From Paraphysomonas bandaiensis (taxonomy: Eukaryota > Protista > Chrysophyceae), in NCBI GenBank assembly GCA_965644295.1, contig CBFFRP010000433.1, positions 355,862-419,861 of the forward strand: DNA of 64,000 nt. The letters run 5' to 3'. Position 1 is the stretch's first letter. Every line of letters begins with the position of its first letter. The notes below the pieces were generated by a model. That model searched no databases and was not told the origin of the DNA. It saw only the letters and a list, made by a program, of their open reading frames with translations. Position numbers and translations under genes: made by a program. This document shows positions 60,465-64,000 of this stretch, one piece after another.

Positions 60465-62919
60465 CTAAGGTGAAAAAGTCGGTATTGAAATTTTGGTTCT
60501 CTGTGAAGCCGGTTTACCATGCGCTTTTGATAGAATACGCTTGAGCTCTTCTCTGTTTGTACCCTCAGGTAATTCCATACAGAGATCCATTGGAGTTCTG
60601 CCACCGTTGTCTTTGACATCCAACGCAGCCCCACAGTATTTCACTAGATATCGAACATTTAACACTCGCTCAGACGCGACGGCACAGTGGAGACTCGTCT
60701 GTCCTTCATTATTCGCACTGTTGACATCAGAACCAACACCTTCCACAAGAAACTGTATAGTGGAGAGGTACTCACATTGACAGGCAGTATGCAAGAGCGA
60801 ATTTCCGGAAGTGCTGTCCCTTATGGACCGCACATCACGCTTAATATTTGGGGCTACTCCAAGCATCCCCTCCAACTTTGGTATATTCGACTCATTCACG
60901 ACAAGAGTAAAGAGAACACTATCCTCCTCGTTCTCTGAACTAGGAAATGATAAAATCTCGCTCTTGTGGTCACCAACTTCAGTGGCAGTAGGGGGGTCAT
61001 TACATTTATCTGTGGATGATTGGGTGTCGACGTGATCGTGCTTGATCCACTCACTGTCTCTCACAACCTTCTTTTTCTTCTTATCAGCTGGCATATCTAG
61101 TTTGACTTTTGGCACATATTTGTCATCATTCGGTTTGGGTGGAAGGAAAGTCGGATTAGAAGGTGGGATGTAAGGTTTGCTTCTAAATCTGGGGTTGGAA
61201 GAGGTAGAGGGAGACTCCAAAGAAGCCCCTCCAACAGAGCTGCTCTCTGTGTTAACTATATTTTCTTGTTGTTCAATTTTATCCTTTTCAGAAAGGGAGT
61301 GGTTTTCAGACATCGTCACACATTGATATTGCGATAGAATAAATGAGACCACAGCGTCATCCACCAGCTGATCAGCGGTATGACCGTTTCTATCACGAGC
61401 CCTGGTAAGCAAATGCTCTTCCTGAACCAAATGCTTGATAACTACGTATTGTTGATTTATACACGCCCAATGTAAACAAGTATAACCATTCGTTGTAGAC
61501 CCAGTCCGCACATCAGGACGAACTTCACGGGGAAGTGAGAGAATAAATTTCACCAGTGATATGTGCCCGAAATAACATGCGATATCCAAAGAGCTTCTGC
61601 CTTCCCCATCCGGAAAAGAAAGATCTGCACCGGGAGCACTTGTTAAGACCTTTACAACTTCCATATAATTCTCCATGCAAGCGATATGCATAGCAGATAG
61701 CCCTAATATAGGTATCAGATACGCAAAGTTACAAACAAAACCACCTACCACAACTATTGGATATCCACAGGGACTCTTGTGGCATTATATCTACAAGATA
61801 CATAACAAGATCGGGATAGTTTCCCTGTGTCGCCAGGTGTAAACATGTGCGCCCGTCAGTGGTAGTCAACCCAGCACTAACATATCCATTGGACAAGAGG
61901 AACTTCACTACGTGAAGCATGCCCCTTTGGCATGCTACATGAATTGGACACAGTCCAGAGTGGTTAGGGTGAGATAGTTTACCGGCAGGGTATAGCTCAT
62001 ACAGGTGGTGTACCAATGACAAGTTTCCGGTCTCACAAGCACCGTGTATGAGGGTATTTCCTGCATCATCTGTTCCGACATCTGCCCTCACTCCTTGTTG
62101 TTCCATACTGCGAACAACAACCTGGGTTGGCTGCAACTTCGCCCACTCAATGAATGCACTATCAGCAGGAGTGTTGGGCTGAGATGAGTACGGGCTTTTG
62201 GTATATACATCACTAGAAATGACTCGTTTTGTAGGACCAGACATCGGAGTAGCACCATCAGCGGCTGCTGCTGCTACAGCAGCGCTTGAGAGGCTATGAA
62301 GGCGAGATGGATCACTGTAGTCACCCGTAGAAGGCGACGACTGTTTCCGGCCCAAACACTCCGAGACGTGGCTCGGCTCGGCATTCGATGTATCATTCGA
62401 TGGGGATGGAGTCCAGTTGCGATTTATATTATCTGTCCTTGACGGCAGAGTAAATCGGCCAGCTGAAGCTGACCTCGACTCCCGCTGACTGTGATATTCC
62501 TGTCGCGAATGGGCAGAAGAAGTGTTTACTGGGGCACGGGATGAACGGGTGTGGATCGGAAATCCTGATGCATTTGTTCTATATCCATGTCCATATCCAT
62601 GTCCTGAGCCATCATCTCCACATACAGATGATGATACAGGCACAGCATCAGGAGCAGCAGATCGAACAGATATCATACTATTAGAATGATTTGTATAGTT
62701 TTGAATAGATTTTGAATCTGATTTTATCTGAGAACGTTTCTTGACTTCAGCTTTATTATTGAGAGATACATTAAGATAGTTATATCCGAGATCATCCATA
62801 TCGAACACACGCACTGCTTTATTCGCGCTACTGAGATGTTCTGCCGCATGTTTAGGGTCTAGGGATATGTTACCTAGACTAGGGGAGGGTCTTGAATGGG
62901 AAGGATTCATTGTATTCAT
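60465..62919 (-). CDS. Ankyrin-repeat protein with Ser-rich disordered N-terminus, two exons
   Basis: GNTLIHGACETGN, GLCPIHVACQRG, GRTCLHLATQGN, GYTCLHWACINQ, GNSLLHTACQCE, GQTSLHCAV. A short intron near 61705-61750 joins ORFs 61729..62919 and 60465..61751. Confidence 0.9.
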
Positions 62920-63402
62920 GTCTGGCTATGTTACTGTCTCATTCACTCTCTTAATATATAGATATACACACAGGCAGTACCTACACTCACTATCCATAGG
63001 GTGTGTACTACAATATACAGCAGTATATGTCCACATACATCCATACATATAGATGTCTATATGGTAGATACGGTAGCCCTCCTGTCCCTGAAATTTTCTC
63101 TTAATTTTCAATATAAACAACCGGTTTGTCCCAATCCAATTGGCACTTTTTGTACGCTGTACGAAGTATATCTACAGTATGTACTGCTGTATGATCATGT
63201 AGTCTGCATACATGTACTGTTCCAAATCTGTATATATGGAGGTACATATGTGTATAGGTACATACTGCACCGTTATATATCACCATATATCATAATATTA
63301 ACTGACACCTCCACACAGAGCCCTCCATCCACCCTAACACACACCTTCCCTCCATTCTACCTATCAGTAAAGCTCTCAGGTGTATGCTAAACACAACTGT
63401 AT

Positions 63403-64000
63403 ATGAAATTATCTGTACGGTTCCCTAATGACGAGACCTATAGCATAGATGCAGAGGAGGGGCTGTCTGTGCAAGCACTGCTCCATAAAGTACATGTTTA
63501 TGGCAAGTGTGGTCTCCCCAGTCAACTCTCTGCTCTCCATAAAGGGGCACGACTTCAACCTGAGGACATATTAACAGAGAAAAATGTGTCTGACAATGAC
63601 ATCATTGAAATTATTATTAACTATGGAACCGTTACGCCATCAGACGGCAGATGCTATGATACTTATATATCTGTAATGACTCCTAACAACGGCGATGATT
63701 GTGTACCTCTAGACAAGCAGCCTGTAATAGTATTTCGATCTAGTTCATGTGGACAGTGTTTACATCTTTCATGCTTTCTAAACATCACAAGTTTACGATC
63801 TGATTCATATGGTGGAGATATGGAATCGTCCTTAGGAGCCGAAGAAGCTGCACGGCGAGGATTCGTGAAGTGGTGTGACACGGAACTGACACATAGGGTA
63901 TGTCTTCTGCAGGTTACGGATCCCTACATGCAGAAGAATATTGAAAGCAAGCGGTATAATTTCGCTGGAATTAATGCGGGCTACTCGGGTGGAGATAGGT
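63403..64000 (+). CDS. Ubiquitin-like domain protein, 3'-partial (open to window end; not in the ORF track)
   Basis: MKLSVRFPNDETYSIDAEEGLSVQALLHKV...LHKGARLQPEDILTEKNVSDNDIIEII fits a beta-grasp/Ubl pattern. No stop before 64000. Confidence 0.7.
   Translation, partial: MKLSVRFPNDETYSIDAEEGLSVQALLHKVHVYGKCGLPSQLSALHKGARLQPEDILTEKNVSDNDIIEIIINYGTVTPSDGRCYDTYISVMTPNNGDDCVPLDKQPVIVFRSSSCGQCLHLSCFLNITSLRSDSYGGDMESSLGAEEAARRGFVKWCDTELTHRVCLLQVTDPYMQKNIESKRYNFAGINAGYSGGDR

Overview
Eukaryotic, AT-rich, intron-rich genomic window with short GT-AG introns. The gene content and the HET-TPR and hAT families suggest a stramenopile, possibly a chrysophyte-like alga (inference). Host genes, left to right: a 5'-partial hypothetical protein, exocyst Sec10, SNAPC4-like multi-Myb, an EF-hand protein, DPH6, eIF3m, a tandemly duplicated PH-domain gene, a TOM1-like VHS-GAT adaptor, a predicted myristoylated HET-like/TPR protein, eIF3d, a PUF protein, two ankyrin proteins, a membrane protein with a bacterial/phage-like C-terminal domain, and a 3'-partial ubiquitin-like protein. 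Two full-length, very young Ty1/copia elements are present (identical LTR pairs, 5-bp TSDs), plus LTR relics, a hAT relic, a degenerate long inverted repeat and a (TACA)n microsatellite. Main observations: (i) both copia integrases carry a strongly conserved extra ~60-aa module after the SH3-like region, a candidate targeting domain; (ii) copia-1 split a host gene, supplying a stop codon at its 5' edge and an in-frame ATG at its 3' edge; (iii) copia-2 has TA...CA termini and sits inside an old copia-1-type LTR; (iv) a fresh 1,984-bp tandem duplication created a PH protein lacking its CaaX anchor; (v) the HET-TPR gene shows recent internal repeat duplication or conversion. All identities were judged by eye.
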